Position numbers and translations under genes: made by a program | The notes under the pieces: model-generated | What the model was told of the DNA's origin: nothing | Seen by the model: only the letters and a program-made list of their open reading frames with translations | Database searches by the model: none | Shown here: piece by piece, positions 1-10,275 of the stretch | How the letters are laid out: each line of letters starts with the position of its first letter | Position numbering within the stretch: position 1 is the stretch's first letter | Source: a virus | Virus record (IMG/VR): IMGVR_UViG_3300037782_000115 | Span: 43,113-107,112 of that record | DNA length: 64,000 nt | Reading direction: 5' to 3' (one strand)

Positions 1-2
1 AG

Positions 3-437
3 GACCTCGGGCAGGAACGAAACTTCGCCGGCTGGGACGAGCTTGTCTTGAGCCTCAGAAATAGGATGCCCGGGTGTGAGGTCCGCAGTCTTGGCACAGA
101 GGCGGGCAACAGGCACTTCGGCGAGATCGATCTTCGAACCTACCCCGACGCCGGCCTCTTCATCACCAACGCGCGGCGTTGCCACCTGCTTGTCGGCGAA
201 TCCAGCGGAACGATGCACTTGGCGGTGGCGGCCGGCGTCCCGTCTGTGGTCTTCGGCCCAGACCGCGGCCGCGAGCGGTATCGTCGAGACAACGTCTGTG
301 GTGTGCCGATGATGTTCATCCCAAGCACCGAGCCCAATCCTGTTATAGTGGCAAGGCAGGTGCACCGCCTCATTCAGACCCTCCGGGGCAGCAACGAATA
401 CATCAACCAACTGGAGCCGCGCGGAAATGTCGACTAA
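3..437 (+). CDS. Glycosyltransferase family 9 (heptosyltransferase-like), C-terminal part, 5'-truncated by the window
   Basis: Frame is open from the window start; the motif LLVGESSGTMHLAVAAGVPSVVFGP is typical of the GT9 C-terminal domain. Confidence 0.75.
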   Translation, partial: DLGQERNFAGWDELVLSLRNRMPGCEVRSLGTEAGNRHFGEIDLRTYPDAGLFITNARRCHLLVGESSGTMHLAVAAGVPSVVFGPDRGRERYRRDNVCGVPMMFIPSTEPNPVIVARQVHRLIQTLRGSNEYINQLEPRGNVD

Positions 438-1032
438 ATACGACCCAAAGACGTACTTCACCAAACGGTGCGAGAGGCAGGGAAGCCAATATGTCACGAG
501 GCACGGCGCCACGCCCGAGTTCTTCCAGCAACAGATGAAGGACTTCGCCTCACACCTGCCAAACCTGCCGGCGGACGTGAGAGTGCTCGACTACGGGTGC
601 GGCGTTGGCAGGCTTCTCGACCAGCTTGCGGGCTTCGACGAGTATGCGGGCGTCGACATCGTGGAGAAGGCGATCGAAATCGCCCACACCGCTCACGACA
701 TGGAGCACTACGGCGGCAGGGCCCGGTTCTACGCCCTTGGAGACGACGGCAGGATCCCGTTCGACGACAACCACTTCAACCTGTCGTGTGCGATCACCGT
801 GTTCCAACACATCCCAGAGGACCTGGTGCTCGACGTGCTCGACGAATTCAAGAGGGTGTCCCTTGGCCGCGTGATGATCATCGACACGAACGAGGACAGC
901 ACTGCGGCCCACATGTTCAAAAGGCCGCCTGCGTTCTACACAGACCTGCTCGGGCTCAGTAGGCCTGAGCACAAGATCATCGACGTGGATCATCCCGGCT
1001 CACACTACGTGCTGCATGGTGAGATCAAATGA
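427..1032 (+). CDS. Class I SAM-dependent methyltransferase
   Basis: VLDYGCGVGR motif I, GVDI motif II, IPFDDNHFN...VFQHI. Confidence 0.85.
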   Translation: MSTKYDPKTYFTKRCERQGSQYVTRHGATPEFFQQQMKDFASHLPNLPADVRVLDYGCGVGRLLDQLAGFDEYAGVDIVEKAIEIAHTAHDMEHYGGRARFYALGDDGRIPFDDNHFNLSCAITVFQHIPEDLVLDVLDEFKRVSLGRVMIIDTNEDSTAAHMFKRPPAFYTDLLGLSRPEHKIIDVDHPGSHYVLHGEIK

Positions 1033-1610
1033 GCTTCATTGTCACAGGACTCGGCAGATCGGGAACGACATGGTTGGCCGCGCAGCTGGCCAAGGGCGAC
1101 CACATTGTGGGCCACGAGGGGAAGAAAGACGCCTCTCGCGGCCCACACGACCTGGTAAGGGCCTACAACGAGAGGCGAAGGGGAAGACACGCCTACGGCG
1201 AGGTCAACAGCTATCTGAGACACTGTTTACACCTTGTCGACACCGACGTGGCCGCGTTGCTCATCAGGCACCCGGACAGTCTCTGGGCTTCCGCTTACCG
1301 GTGGAGAAAAAAGAGGGGCGATGTTGACCTAAAGAAGCTCAACAAAGACGTCCAGGACGGCCTCTGGATCATCGCAAGGTTCCACGGGTACGGCGTGCCC
1401 GTGTTCCGAATCGAAGACCTGTCGGCCGACAAGGACGAGGTCTGCCGAATGGCTGACTACCTTGGGGTCTGTGTCAACAAGGACCAGATCAAACTCGATG
1501 CGATGAACACATCAACACACTGCGAAGTCCCGCCCGTCGGCGACCAGTTCGAGTGGTTCGCAAACAAGTTCTATTCGGCCACCTCGCCGCGGGCCGCGTC
1601 GGGCTCGTAA
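1029..1610 (+). CDS. Sulfotransferase-like P-loop protein
   Basis: N-terminal FIVTGLGRSGTTWLA (5'-PAPS-binding loop), followed by HE and LIRHP. Confidence 0.65.
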   Translation: MSFIVTGLGRSGTTWLAAQLAKGDHIVGHEGKKDASRGPHDLVRAYNERRRGRHAYGEVNSYLRHCLHLVDTDVAALLIRHPDSLWASAYRWRKKRGDVDLKKLNKDVQDGLWIIARFHGYGVPVFRIEDLSADKDEVCRMADYLGVCVNKDQIKLDAMNTSTHCEVPPVGDQFEWFANKFYSATSPRAASGS

Positions 1611-1618
1611 GCACCAGA

Positions 1619-1650
1619 GGGAGGGCTCGGGAACGGGCTGGGCCGTAATA
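1619..1650 (+). promoter_or_regulatory. Degenerate copy of the dispersed GGGGGTGCTCGGGACG-N10/11-GTAATA motif
   Basis: GGGAGGGCTCGGGAACG...GTAATA, immediately before the ORF at 1650. Confidence 0.35.
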
Positions 1651-2447
1651 TGCAAATCACAATCACAGCAGAGACGCGGGAGGTTGAGCCTGTCAAGAAG
1701 CCGTGCTCACTGCTTGGCGAGTGCATTATCGAAGACGGCGAATCGGCGGACTACAAGAAGCTCGCCGGTTACCACTATCGCGACACCGGCTTCCCCCCGG
1801 GCGTGCACCACATTTACCGCGCCAGACACGCCGCGTCCGGCAAAACCGTTGGTGTTATCGTTTACGCAGTGCCGGCGCTGAACCTTGCTGTGCGAAACAA
1901 GATATTCGGTGATCGGTATAAGATCGGCGGCAGTGTGGCGACAAATGTGCCGAGGTCTCAGCGACTCAACGCCGAAATGGAGCTCATCATCCGCGTGGTG
2001 GTGCACCCGACGTTCCGCGGCACAGGACTCGGCCGAAGGATCGTCGCCGAAACCCTACCGCTGAGGCCCTACAGATACATCGAGGCCTCAGCGGCAATGG
2101 GCAACATCAACCCGTTCTTCGAGAGAGCGGGCATGACGCCGGTCCAGGTCTCCAAGACCGAGCTGACCGTCAGGGTGCTCGGCGCACTCAGGTCGTTTGG
2201 GATGACTGACGAGGAGATTGCCAACTGGCGTGCGATTGTTGACAAGCTCGAGTCACTTCAAGAAGAGAAGCGTGCGTGGCTGTGGAAAGAGCTCGAGAGA
2301 TACGCGACAAGGTGGCTCAAGAGCAGGACCGGGCGCAAAATACACATCACGCCGGAGCTCGCCGCCAGACGCGTGGCAGCGAATGCCCTGATCCAGACGA
2401 CGTACTTCATCTACGAGAACAAACACCTCGCGCCAAAGGCTAATTAG
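1650..2447 (+). CDS. GNAT-fold acetyltransferase, resembling the acetyltransferase domain of ABC-ATPase/GNAT fusions
   Basis: LAGYHYR, VGVIVY, and the acetyl-CoA binding motif RVVVHPTFRGTGLG. Confidence 0.7.
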   Translation: MQITITAETREVEPVKKPCSLLGECIIEDGESADYKKLAGYHYRDTGFPPGVHHIYRARHAASGKTVGVIVYAVPALNLAVRNKIFGDRYKIGGSVATNVPRSQRLNAEMELIIRVVVHPTFRGTGLGRRIVAETLPLRPYRYIEASAAMGNINPFFERAGMTPVQVSKTELTVRVLGALRSFGMTDEEIANWRAIVDKLESLQEEKRAWLWKELERYATRWLKSRTGRKIHITPELAARRVAANALIQTTYFIYENKHLAPKAN

Positions 2448-2889
2448 GCGGCGAAATGTCCAGCCGCACACAGTCGATGGGAGCAAGAAACTCGTGGGTG
2501 GGAAACAAGCCAGACAGCGGCGACTTGTCCATGTCTTTGGTGTTAAACGGCCGACGCAACACCACACCCCTGTCGCCCACGTCCGGCGTTTTACAGACCA
2601 CGAATCCGCCTATGTGGCGGCCCATCTGGGCGTCATGGACCTCGACCCGATCGCCCTCACTGAGCGGCCTTTTCATATGCAGGCACATAACAGCCTCTTC
2701 AATAACGGACGGCCGCCAATACAACGCAGTATCTGTGTCGGAATCTCTGCCCACAACCCGCGGCCTGGTGATCTTTGTGATGTATCCATAGACGGCGTGA
2801 GACACAGAGTACCGGTGGCTGTCTTCGCGGGCCTCAACAAGGTTGACCTTAAACGCGCCGGCGGTGTACGAAACATCCTTCTCAGGCAT
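2440..2889 (-). CDS. Hypothetical protein
   Basis: ATG at 2889 overlaps the end of the ASCH gene; convergent with the GNAT gene. Confidence 0.55.
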   Translation of the reverse strand: MPEKDVSYTAGAFKVNLVEAREDSHRYSVSHAVYGYITKITRPRVVGRDSDTDTALYWRPSVIEEAVMCLHMKRPLSEGDRVEVHDAQMGRHIGGFVVCKTPDVGDRGVVLRRPFNTKDMDKSPLSGLFPTHEFLAPIDCVRLDISPPN

Positions 2890-3337
2890 GACAAGCTTCT
2901 CCGATGGTTTCAAAGTGAGACAGGAGCTCGGGCGATAACGCAGAGCGACCAACATAGAACACCCGTTGCCTGCCAGGCAAAGGGACGGGCTTGCACGCCA
3001 TGGGATTGCGCAAGAGCCAGCAAACGGGCCCGAACGACCAGGGGCAGTTCTGCCGAGATGGCGATGGCATGAGTGTGTGCCCATACACCTCAACACTGCC
3101 AAGGATGGCCCCGGCCGGGTGTGCCTCGAGTATTTCTGGCCACAGGCGGCGAAGATCATCGAGCGTGTTGGCATCGATCTTCGCCTTCTTCTTCGATGCG
3201 TGCACCAGCATGCGGAAAGAGCCGTTGACCATAAGACTCTTGGGTGGCGGCCACGACCTGTTCTCGACAGGCTTCTTGCCGGACAGAATGGCAGAGGCCC
3301 ACGGCTGGTGTACAGAGAGCGTGGGGAATAAATCCAT
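2882..3337 (-). CDS. ASCH domain protein
   Basis: LSVHQPWASAILSGKKPVENRSW, LVHAS, GAILGSV and the C-terminal PLPGRQRVF signature. Confidence 0.9.
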   Translation of the reverse strand: MDLFPTLSVHQPWASAILSGKKPVENRSWPPPKSLMVNGSFRMLVHASKKKAKIDANTLDDLRRLWPEILEAHPAGAILGSVEVYGHTLMPSPSRQNCPWSFGPVCWLLRNPMACKPVPLPGRQRVFYVGRSALSPELLSHFETIGEACHA

Positions 3338-3352
3338 GATGGATCTCCGTTG

Positions 3353-3724
3353 CTAAAACTCGCAATTTGTCCTGGTGAGCATGACCGCGTCGGCCATTCT
3401 GTCCAGCACATCTTGGCCCAGCCCGCACGGCGCCCCGTCTCGGTGGGCGATGTTCTCGGCGGCGAAGAACGCGTAAACCTGCTCGGGCGACTGGAACGCG
3501 TGGACCCTGCTGACCCCAAGGCGGGCAGCGCCGTCCAAGAGCTCTGAGACCTCTGGTGTCCGCTCGACCTCCTCAAACTCGATAGAGATAGAAACGGGCC
3601 TCACGTGCGATTCAAGGCGGCCTACGCGGGCCCGGTTGATTTCGATGAGCATGTCGCAGGCGGCGTCGGCCGCAGAGAACACGGACGCGGTGTGGGGCAA
3701 GCTAACCGTTATATTCCTGTTCAA
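3353..3724 (-). CDS. Hypothetical protein
   Basis: TTG start with an AAGGAG RBS; packed in the operon. Confidence 0.5.
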   Translation of the reverse strand: MNRNITVSLPHTASVFSAADAACDMLIEINRARVGRLESHVRPVSISIEFEEVERTPEVSELLDGAARLGVSRVHAFQSPEQVYAFFAAENIAHRDGAPCGLGQDVLDRMADAVMLTRTNCEF

Positions 3725-4277
3725 CGAGATCTCCTTCCAAAGCCGCCTCTTTCGCGGCAATCTTGAGTTCCAGCCCTGAGATCGATTCTGAGAGGTCACC
3801 AACGACCTTCTCGTACAGGGCACGCTGCTCGGTGAGAGAAGGGTGGATGCCGCGGAGTAGCCGGCGGTGCGTCTCTCTCATCGATTTCTCGACGCGCAGG
3901 AACTTGTAAAGCTCCAAGAGGTCTGCGGGCAAGATCCGCTCTCTGCCGAACGAATTATCCACAAATATCAATTCGTCCTTCGCCGGGCGGATGTATACCG
4001 ATTGCGCGTCACACTGAACGATCCAGGTGTGATCGTCGATATCCTGCTCATCCGGGGACAAGACTCGGCACGAACCGCTGTCGCAAGAGACGTGGATCCG
4101 GCCCACACACACCGGGACGCTCTCTTCGTTGTAGTCATCGACAAACTGCAACATGACAATGGCCATCATGTTCTCGTCACCAGAGATTTGCACGAGATGT
4201 GCACGGCAGTCCACGCACACGCCCGTTACTGCGCGAACCTGCTGCACATTCATCAATCTTACGCTCTTGGTCGACAC
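3702..4277 (-). CDS. Hypothetical protein with a C-terminal coiled coil
   Basis: GGAGG RBS; operon packing. Confidence 0.55.
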   Translation of the reverse strand: MSTKSVRLMNVQQVRAVTGVCVDCRAHLVQISGDENMMAIVMLQFVDDYNEESVPVCVGRIHVSCDSGSCRVLSPDEQDIDDHTWIVQCDAQSVYIRPAKDELIFVDNSFGRERILPADLLELYKFLRVEKSMRETHRRLLRGIHPSLTEQRALYEKVVGDLSESISGLELKIAAKEAALEGDLVEQEYNG

Positions 4278-5049
4278 GGCCGTCCTCCAATCTCAAGTTG
4301 GTCACAATAATCAGTCTGGATTCAGAGCCATACCGCCGCCCGGCCCAAAACGCGGCCTCTATATACTGCTCTGTTTCTCTTGGCGCCCGGTCCTGTTCTT
4401 TTTCCGGGCCACTATCGGCGCCATCTGTCACATCCTCGCCCACCACCGCCCGACCGGGCCCGGCCTCAGTTCCTGCCACGGCCTCGGCCTGCTCCTCAGT
4501 CTCAGGCTTGGGCTGCGGCGGCGAGGGCGGCTTGACTGGTCGATATCCCGGATGGGGCGCAGATGTTGGTGATGACGGCGGCTTTGCTTCCTTGCCACGC
4601 CCCGTCTCCTCCGCCCTCCTTATCTCTTGGCAGAGCATGAACCCGTAACAAAACGCGCTGTGAACCCTCGAGTCCCAGCCGGGGCCACGCCCGAGCACGC
4701 GTATCGCAATCTGGCTCACGGCGTCTCGCCAAACAAGGTATTGCTCAAGGGCGGAGTAAACACGGTCTCCCGGCCCGGTCAACTCAATACACCCGCTGCG
4801 ATGATTAAGCTCGGCTACACAGCCGTGGTGGTCGGCCGACAGAAACGCGACGGACTCCTTCCACTTCGACACATATCGATCGGCAACAACAACGATCTTG
4901 GGCTCGTCAAGATCCTCTGGCGTGAACCTGAATTTGGCGATCAACCGATCGAGCATCGCCCTGGCCGATCTCGTGTGACCGTTCTGTTCGCGATCGTTGG
5001 CCAGCGCCAGCATCTTGCGAGCCAACCTGAGAGCGGTTTCCCTTGTCAT
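4177..5049 (-). CDS. DUF2786-like protein
   Basis: N-terminal RKMLALAND...SARAMLDRLIAKF helical hairpin; later SAFCYGF. Confidence 0.5.
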   Translation of the reverse strand: MTRETALRLARKMLALANDREQNGHTRSARAMLDRLIAKFRFTPEDLDEPKIVVVADRYVSKWKESVAFLSADHHGCVAELNHRSGCIELTGPGDRVYSALEQYLVWRDAVSQIAIRVLGRGPGWDSRVHSAFCYGFMLCQEIRRAEETGRGKEAKPPSSPTSAPHPGYRPVKPPSPPQPKPETEEQAEAVAGTEAGPGRAVVGEDVTDGADSGPEKEQDRAPRETEQYIEAAFWAGRRYGSESRLIIVTNLRLEDGRVDQERKIDECAAGSRSNGRVRGLPCTSRANLW

Positions 5050-7845
5050 TCAAACACTCCAGTGGCGACACGAAGAACGCTCGCCCTCCATGTATGCAGA
5101 CACCCGCATAAAGCTGACGGCGTACGAAATCCCGGCGTGCTCAACCGGTATGAACCCAGAGTTCGGTCCGACATCGTCGACCGGCTCAACAAACGCGACT
5201 GCCCCATCTGGGTGGTGCTTATAGAACACAGCGAAGTTCCTCCCCCTCACGGTCCGCCTTGCCTTGGTCACCAGGAAGTACCACCTGAGCCCAATTCTCA
5301 ACCACTCGCCATCCTCCTCGTCGGGTCCGTCGATCCCAAGCGCGAGCATGAACGCCTCTTTACGGAGGGCCCGACGCTCTGCGATCGTTCCTTCGACAGA
5401 CGCCTTCTTCATCGGAGGCTCGTACGGAGACGGATCCGCGACCACCTCCTTTTTGTCGGCGAAAGCAACGGCGGGGGCCGCCGGAGCCCTCGCAACAACC
5501 GTGGGATCTTCGCGATCGGGCGCCGACATGTTGGGGGGTGGCTCCGCCGCGGCCGCAGGCTCCAGGCTCACACCCAGGTCTGGCAGGAGCGAATCAAACT
5601 GCTTGCGGTAAGCACCAAACGAAGCCTTTGAATCAAGGCCGGTGAGCTCGCCAGCGATGAACTTAGCCAGTTTCGAGGCAACATCCTCGCCACCAGACAT
5701 TGCCGCAAGGCCCTCGCTCGTGAAATCACCCTCGAGTGCCAGGCTCGCGGCCATCTTGTCGGCCATCAAGGCCAGGGCGGCATCTTGAACAGAACGAGAC
5801 GCTGTGCCGGCCGATACCACATAATCGACCTCGCAGCCAAACTGCTGCCCGAGGCGCCAGGCTCGCCGCGAAGCCTGGCGGAGTCGATAGGTGTTGTCGC
5901 CGGGGAACGCAAATATCAGGCTCGGAAAGTCGAACAGGTCAAGGCCGGTCTGAACCAATTGCGGGTGGCTGATGATCACGTCGCAATCTGGTGCGTGCTT
6001 CTCGATCCAGGCTTCGCGGTCGATCGGCTTAGGTCCGCCGTCAGCCGTCGATCGCATCACACCAACACGGATGCCGTACTCTGACAAATACTCCTTGTAG
6101 TAGGTCATCCAATCCCACGCGGGATCACTGCTCTTGCCGGTCAGCTCGGTAAACACCCATGTCTTTCGACCACGCAGCATATTCCGGTGGATCAGCCTGC
6201 GCACACGACGCGCCTTTGGCGTTTCTCTGGGTGGCAGGCTGTTGACGCCGAACACGTGGACCGGCATCTGTGTCTCATGATCGATGTGGTAGACGTCGTA
6301 GGGGTCGACCCACGGCTTGTCTGGGTAACGGAGGAATGTAGACCGCGCCTTTGCCCACGCCGTCGAACGACGTGTGGAATCAAGGTGCTCATCGAACGCG
6401 TCTTGCATCCGCTTGAGCTCTTGGTCGACATCGGCGTCGATGCCAACACGATGCACCTTCTCGTCGAACCTGGGCAGGTGGTCGTGCATATCGGCCAGGC
6501 GAATAAAAACCGCCTGATCGAGCAGGAAGTTTGTGTAGAGCACTGGCGAGATGCCGGGCAGCGACCTGGTGTAGACAGAAGACTGCTTGCCCCGCCCCAT
6601 AACAAGGTCGTTCGAAGACTGAAAATCGGATTCGGCGATGAACCGCCGCCGCTCTTGGAGAACCCCATACTCCTTGACGAAGTCTTCGTCGCCGCCATAG
6701 CTGAAAACCTGCCCGTCGTCCACCATCCTGTTCGGGCAAGTGCGCCAGAGAAGCTGGGTCAGGTTCTCCGCATAGCCGCCGACAAGCGTGCCGGTGAGGG
6801 GCACGACCTTCTTGCTCATTGAACAGAGGTCGGCGTACAGCCGCCCCTGGAGCGTCCCCCGCCCCTTGAGCTCGTGCACCTCGTCGGGCAGGTATAGATC
6901 GAACTGAGCGCCAATCTTCCGCAGGTACTGACACGGGGCCATGCGCCTGGGTGACACGCCCGGCACCGGAAGCGCGTCGGCGCCGCGAGACTGACCATTG
7001 AACGCTTGCCACAACGGCGTGCCGCACACCCACTTCGACTCTTCCGGATCCCAAACCTTGTTCTTGGCGGTTTCGGGGACCTCGGCATCGCAGCACCTCT
7101 TGCTGCCCAGCTTGCCCTTCTTGTTACACATGAGGCTGAGCAGGTCGGAGCGGCTCTCTGCGATAATGCCGCCGCAGCCAGGGCATTTGTACGTCTCCAC
7201 CCTCGCCTTCGGCTGACCGATGATGGTCGGCTCCAGGCGGGAGGAAACATCAACAGCAGCACGCCACGAGTAGCCCAACTTCCCCTTGTCTCTAGGCAGG
7301 ATGTAGATCTCAGTTGTGCTCGGCGGGGCCCAGCGGCGGTTCTTCTGAGTCGTGATACTCCCGTCGGCGTGGCAGACCTCCTTTTCGCTTACGACAGAAG
7401 ACTCACGCAGAGTGGACAGATCACTGATCGAGTTGACGATTACGGCGCGGCAGCCGGGAATGATCTTTCTAAAGTGGGATTGCCACTTCTTTACCAGGTG
7501 GTTCGGCGCCGTTACCACAACGCGTAGCTTGTGGCCGATGTCGCGTTCGTGCGCAGCGACAAGCCACGCACCCATGCACGTCTTGCCCGTTCCCATCTCG
7601 CCGACAATCCAGGCCGAGTTGTTCTGCCTCAGCAGCCGGACACACGACTCGATAACCGCCGCCTGTGCCGGGTATGGGGACATCGCAGCGCCAGAACACT
7701 GCCGCACATTCTCACTCAGCCGCTCGGTTTTGGGGTCGAACAACGGCGGCAGGCCGTCCTGTGCTTTGGACGCCATATCATCCACAAACACAGACATGTA
7801 AGACTCGATCGAGTCAAAGCATTCGGGGTTGCTAAGTGCCTTCAT
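5050..7845 (-). CDS. SF2 (SNF2/DEAD-like) helicase
   Basis: GEMGTGKT Walker A, DEVHELK, LTGT, LVQTGLDL, QASRRAWRLGQ. Confidence 0.9.
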   Translation of the reverse strand: MKALSNPECFDSIESYMSVFVDDMASKAQDGLPPLFDPKTERLSENVRQCSGAAMSPYPAQAAVIESCVRLLRQNNSAWIVGEMGTGKTCMGAWLVAAHERDIGHKLRVVVTAPNHLVKKWQSHFRKIIPGCRAVIVNSISDLSTLRESSVVSEKEVCHADGSITTQKNRRWAPPSTTEIYILPRDKGKLGYSWRAAVDVSSRLEPTIIGQPKARVETYKCPGCGGIIAESRSDLLSLMCNKKGKLGSKRCCDAEVPETAKNKVWDPEESKWVCGTPLWQAFNGQSRGADALPVPGVSPRRMAPCQYLRKIGAQFDLYLPDEVHELKGRGTLQGRLYADLCSMSKKVVPLTGTLVGGYAENLTQLLWRTCPNRMVDDGQVFSYGGDEDFVKEYGVLQERRRFIAESDFQSSNDLVMGRGKQSSVYTRSLPGISPVLYTNFLLDQAVFIRLADMHDHLPRFDEKVHRVGIDADVDQELKRMQDAFDEHLDSTRRSTAWAKARSTFLRYPDKPWVDPYDVYHIDHETQMPVHVFGVNSLPPRETPKARRVRRLIHRNMLRGRKTWVFTELTGKSSDPAWDWMTYYKEYLSEYGIRVGVMRSTADGGPKPIDREAWIEKHAPDCDVIISHPQLVQTGLDLFDFPSLIFAFPGDNTYRLRQASRRAWRLGQQFGCEVDYVVSAGTASRSVQDAALALMADKMAASLALEGDFTSEGLAAMSGGEDVASKLAKFIAGELTGLDSKASFGAYRKQFDSLLPDLGVSLEPAAAAEPPPNMSAPDREDPTVVARAPAAPAVAFADKKEVVADPSPYEPPMKKASVEGTIAERRALRKEAFMLALGIDGPDEEDGEWLRIGLRWYFLVTKARRTVRGRNFAVFYKHHPDGAVAFVEPVDDVGPNSGFIPVEHAGISYAVSFMRVSAYMEGERSSCRHWSV

Positions 7846-8230
7846 GTTTGTAGCCCTTCACTCTTTTTGCCGTCCACGTCTCGGGGTCATGCCCCATCGC
7901 CGTAAGTTGATCAAACAGGACGCTCTTGATCAGCTGCCGCATGTTCCGCGTGACAGACAGTTTGAGAACACGCCTGGCCGGCCTGGAGAACTCTTCGCCA
8001 TCCCTGTTCTTGCCCACATACCCGCACGAGACGCGGGTGTAGAGCGTTCCAAGGAACGGGATCTTTACAGCGTTGCCATTGGCTAGGTGCTCGACCCACC
8101 TGTCCATCATCGCGTACGCCAACGCCCTGGCGGCGTACGGATCCATGCCTATGTCCTCGCCAGCTCGAGAGGCGAGTTTTTCGAAATCGTTCCGGAACTC
8201 CGAGAGACGGCCGTTTGGCGGGGTGACCAT
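7832..8230 (-). CDS. HU/IHF-like DNA-binding protein (start uncertain)
   Basis: LANGNAVKIPFLGTL...GKNRDGE...PARRVLKL matches the HU beta-arm pattern. Confidence 0.65.
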   Translation of the reverse strand: MVTPPNGRLSEFRNDFEKLASRAGEDIGMDPYAARALAYAMMDRWVEHLANGNAVKIPFLGTLYTRVSCGYVGKNRDGEEFSRPARRVLKLSVTRNMRQLIKSVLFDQLTAMGHDPETWTAKRVKGYKHEGT

Positions 8231-8982
8231 CCGGGGAACGGCAAGGAACCATTTTGGGTCAGCTTTTTCACCATAGCGTCCAAGGTCTCTTGCGAAATCT
8301 TTAGCACACCCGCCCGGGTCCATTTCTCGTACAACTGCTCTGGGTGGGGGAGGGCGTTTACGAACAGGGCGGGATCCGCCATGATCTGGCTTGTTATCAC
8401 TCTTCTCCATGTCTCTGCGGCCTCCCGTTCATCATCGCTCTGGCCAGGCGCGCCGATCGGCAAAAGCGGCGTCGAATAGCTCGCGATCAGCCTGTTGTAC
8501 AGCGCCTCAGCAATAGCAGCGTCTGAGTCGCCGCATTCTGCAAACACACAGTAAGTCGGGTGTTTGATGTACTCATCCGGCTCTTCGTCCGAGTGCAGCG
8601 ACACCAAATGCAAATGCGTCCCGGCCACCTGCCGGGCCGACGGCCGCCACCGGCCTTGCCACACGCCCGTATACTCAGCGTCCTTGCCACGAAAGAGTAT
8701 CCGGTGCCTGGAGTGCTCATGCTCTGCCGAACACCCGGCGGCAAACGCCCTCACAGCCTGCTCTGGTCCGAGGATGCTCATGGCGTAGACGGACCGGGGC
8801 ATTGCTGAACGGCGGGTGCCTGCGAAATCGTAGTACGGAGCCGAAAGAACACCATCACACCACGCGCGGACCTTTGCGCGACCCGACGCCGCGCCATATG
8901 AGTAGTGGGTCTGCGGCGGAAGCAAGAACACCTCAATCAGTTGTCGCACGACAATCTCCCATAGCAACAAGGGCGAACCCAC
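8149..8982 (-). CDS. Hypothetical protein within the methyltransferase-helicase module
   Basis: Long ORF between the MTase and the helicase. Confidence 0.55.
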   Translation of the reverse strand: MGSPLLLWEIVVRQLIEVFLLPPQTHYSYGAASGRAKVRAWCDGVLSAPYYDFAGTRRSAMPRSVYAMSILGPEQAVRAFAAGCSAEHEHSRHRILFRGKDAEYTGVWQGRWRPSARQVAGTHLHLVSLHSDEEPDEYIKHPTYCVFAECGDSDAAIAEALYNRLIASYSTPLLPIGAPGQSDDEREAAETWRRVITSQIMADPALFVNALPHPEQLYEKWTRAGVLKISQETLDAMVKKLTQNGSLPFPGWSPRQTAVSRSSGTISKNSPLELART

Positions 8983-9202
8983 AGTGAGAACACAGGCCGT
9001 CCCGATAAGCCGAAATCTCCGCTTTCGTGCGAACCTCGTTCACACACCGACACCTGAAACACAAGGGGCTGTACGGGCCACTGCGGATCAGACGGCGTCT
9101 TCGATAACCAAAGACGGCGTGGTACATCACGGCGCCTAGAAAATAGACGGTCGCGATAGGCGTCGCGAACAAGAAACACGAGATGAGAATAATCTCAATC
9201 AT
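8933..9202 (-). CDS. Small membrane protein with CxxC motifs
   Basis: N-terminal hydrophobic segment; CFRC and CSHC. Confidence 0.5.
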   Translation of the reverse strand: MIEIILISCFLFATPIATVYFLGAVMYHAVFGYRRRRLIRSGPYSPLCFRCRCVNEVRTKAEISAYRDGLCSHCGFALVAMGDCRATTD

Positions 9203-10259
9203 CGCCGTCCTCTACGCCGTCTTCGGTGACCGACCCCTGTCCTGCCGTGGAGACAAGTGTGATGAGCGAGCCGTCTGGCCTCAGGGCACGGATTGCCACC
9301 GAGAAGAAGTCGGTCGAGACTTTGATCGCCGCCGCCTTGCCACCCTGGGTGGTGTCTGGCTTCCACTCGGTCTTGGTACGCCTGATGACCATACCCTTGG
9401 CTACGTGCAGCGATTCGCCACTGCCCATGAGACCGTCTGCGTGACCGCTCGCCAACACCAGCGAGACGTGCCCCTTCTTGAGAGGGAGCGGCGGCCGGCC
9501 GCGAGACCTCATGCGCTTGGCGGCGACGGGGAATCGCCTGAGTGGGCTTGTCTCAAACAGCCGGACGACATCTTCTTTGGTCAACATGCCAGACGCAAAG
9601 ATCCCCGGGTCTTGCCCGACAGGGACGGGGATGTGGGGCGACATGCCGGCGGGCATAGGGCCTAGCGACCCGATACTGAGCTTGGTCCGCATGAACACGC
9701 CGACGTCGGTGTCGTTCACGATGTTGGGCCTTGGAAGCTTCCTGGCCACCAGACACGTCTGTTTGAACGCCAGATCCGGCCCGTCGTAGAACGGCGCCGG
9801 AAATCTCCAGTGGGCCAGCGGCTCGAAGTCACGCAGCAGCCGCCTGACGACTTCTGAGTACATGGATTCCTTGATAATCAGGACGAGCACGCCGCCGGCC
9901 TCAAGCAGCCGGGAGCACCGGTCCAGAAAAACACGCTCGAGCCGCCCATGAGAACTCGCGTCGTATGGCGGATTGAGCAGAATGAGACCGAACTGCGGCG
10001 ATTCCATCCTGATATCTTGGAACGCGCAATTCACCACGCGGTCAAGCGACTCGTGCGCGTCGTCGGCTCGCTGCAATTCGAGCTCGACGCCGTAGTTCAC
10101 CCCAGACGGGTTCAGGGCAGCGAGGGCAGCGCCATCGCCGCAGCACGGGTCTAGCGCGTGCACCCCCTCGGGCAGCATGAGGCATGACCTCAAGCGGTCC
10201 ACAACCTCAAGCGGCGTCGGGACGTACATAAGATCAACAACAGATTGTGGCCTTGCCAT
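9195..10259 (-). CDS. N6-adenine (amino) DNA methyltransferase, DUF6094-like
   Basis: PTP...LDPCCGDG SAM-binding motif, YGVEL, LNPPY catalytic motif. Confidence 0.85.
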   Translation of the reverse strand: MARPQSVVDLMYVPTPLEVVDRLRSCLMLPEGVHALDPCCGDGAALAALNPSGVNYGVELELQRADDAHESLDRVVNCAFQDIRMESPQFGLILLNPPYDASSHGRLERVFLDRCSRLLEAGGVLVLIIKESMYSEVVRRLLRDFEPLAHWRFPAPFYDGPDLAFKQTCLVARKLPRPNIVNDTDVGVFMRTKLSIGSLGPMPAGMSPHIPVPVGQDPGIFASGMLTKEDVVRLFETSPLRRFPVAAKRMRSRGRPPLPLKKGHVSLVLASGHADGLMGSGESLHVAKGMVIRRTKTEWKPDTTQGGKAAAIKVSTDFFSVAIRALRPDGSLITLVSTAGQGSVTEDGVEDGDD

Positions 10260-10275
10260 CGTTTACACCACCCCA

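Noticed and set aside
3955-3963. Perfect DnaA box TTATCCACA
   Set aside because: A single copy inside a coding region with no cluster; compatible with chance
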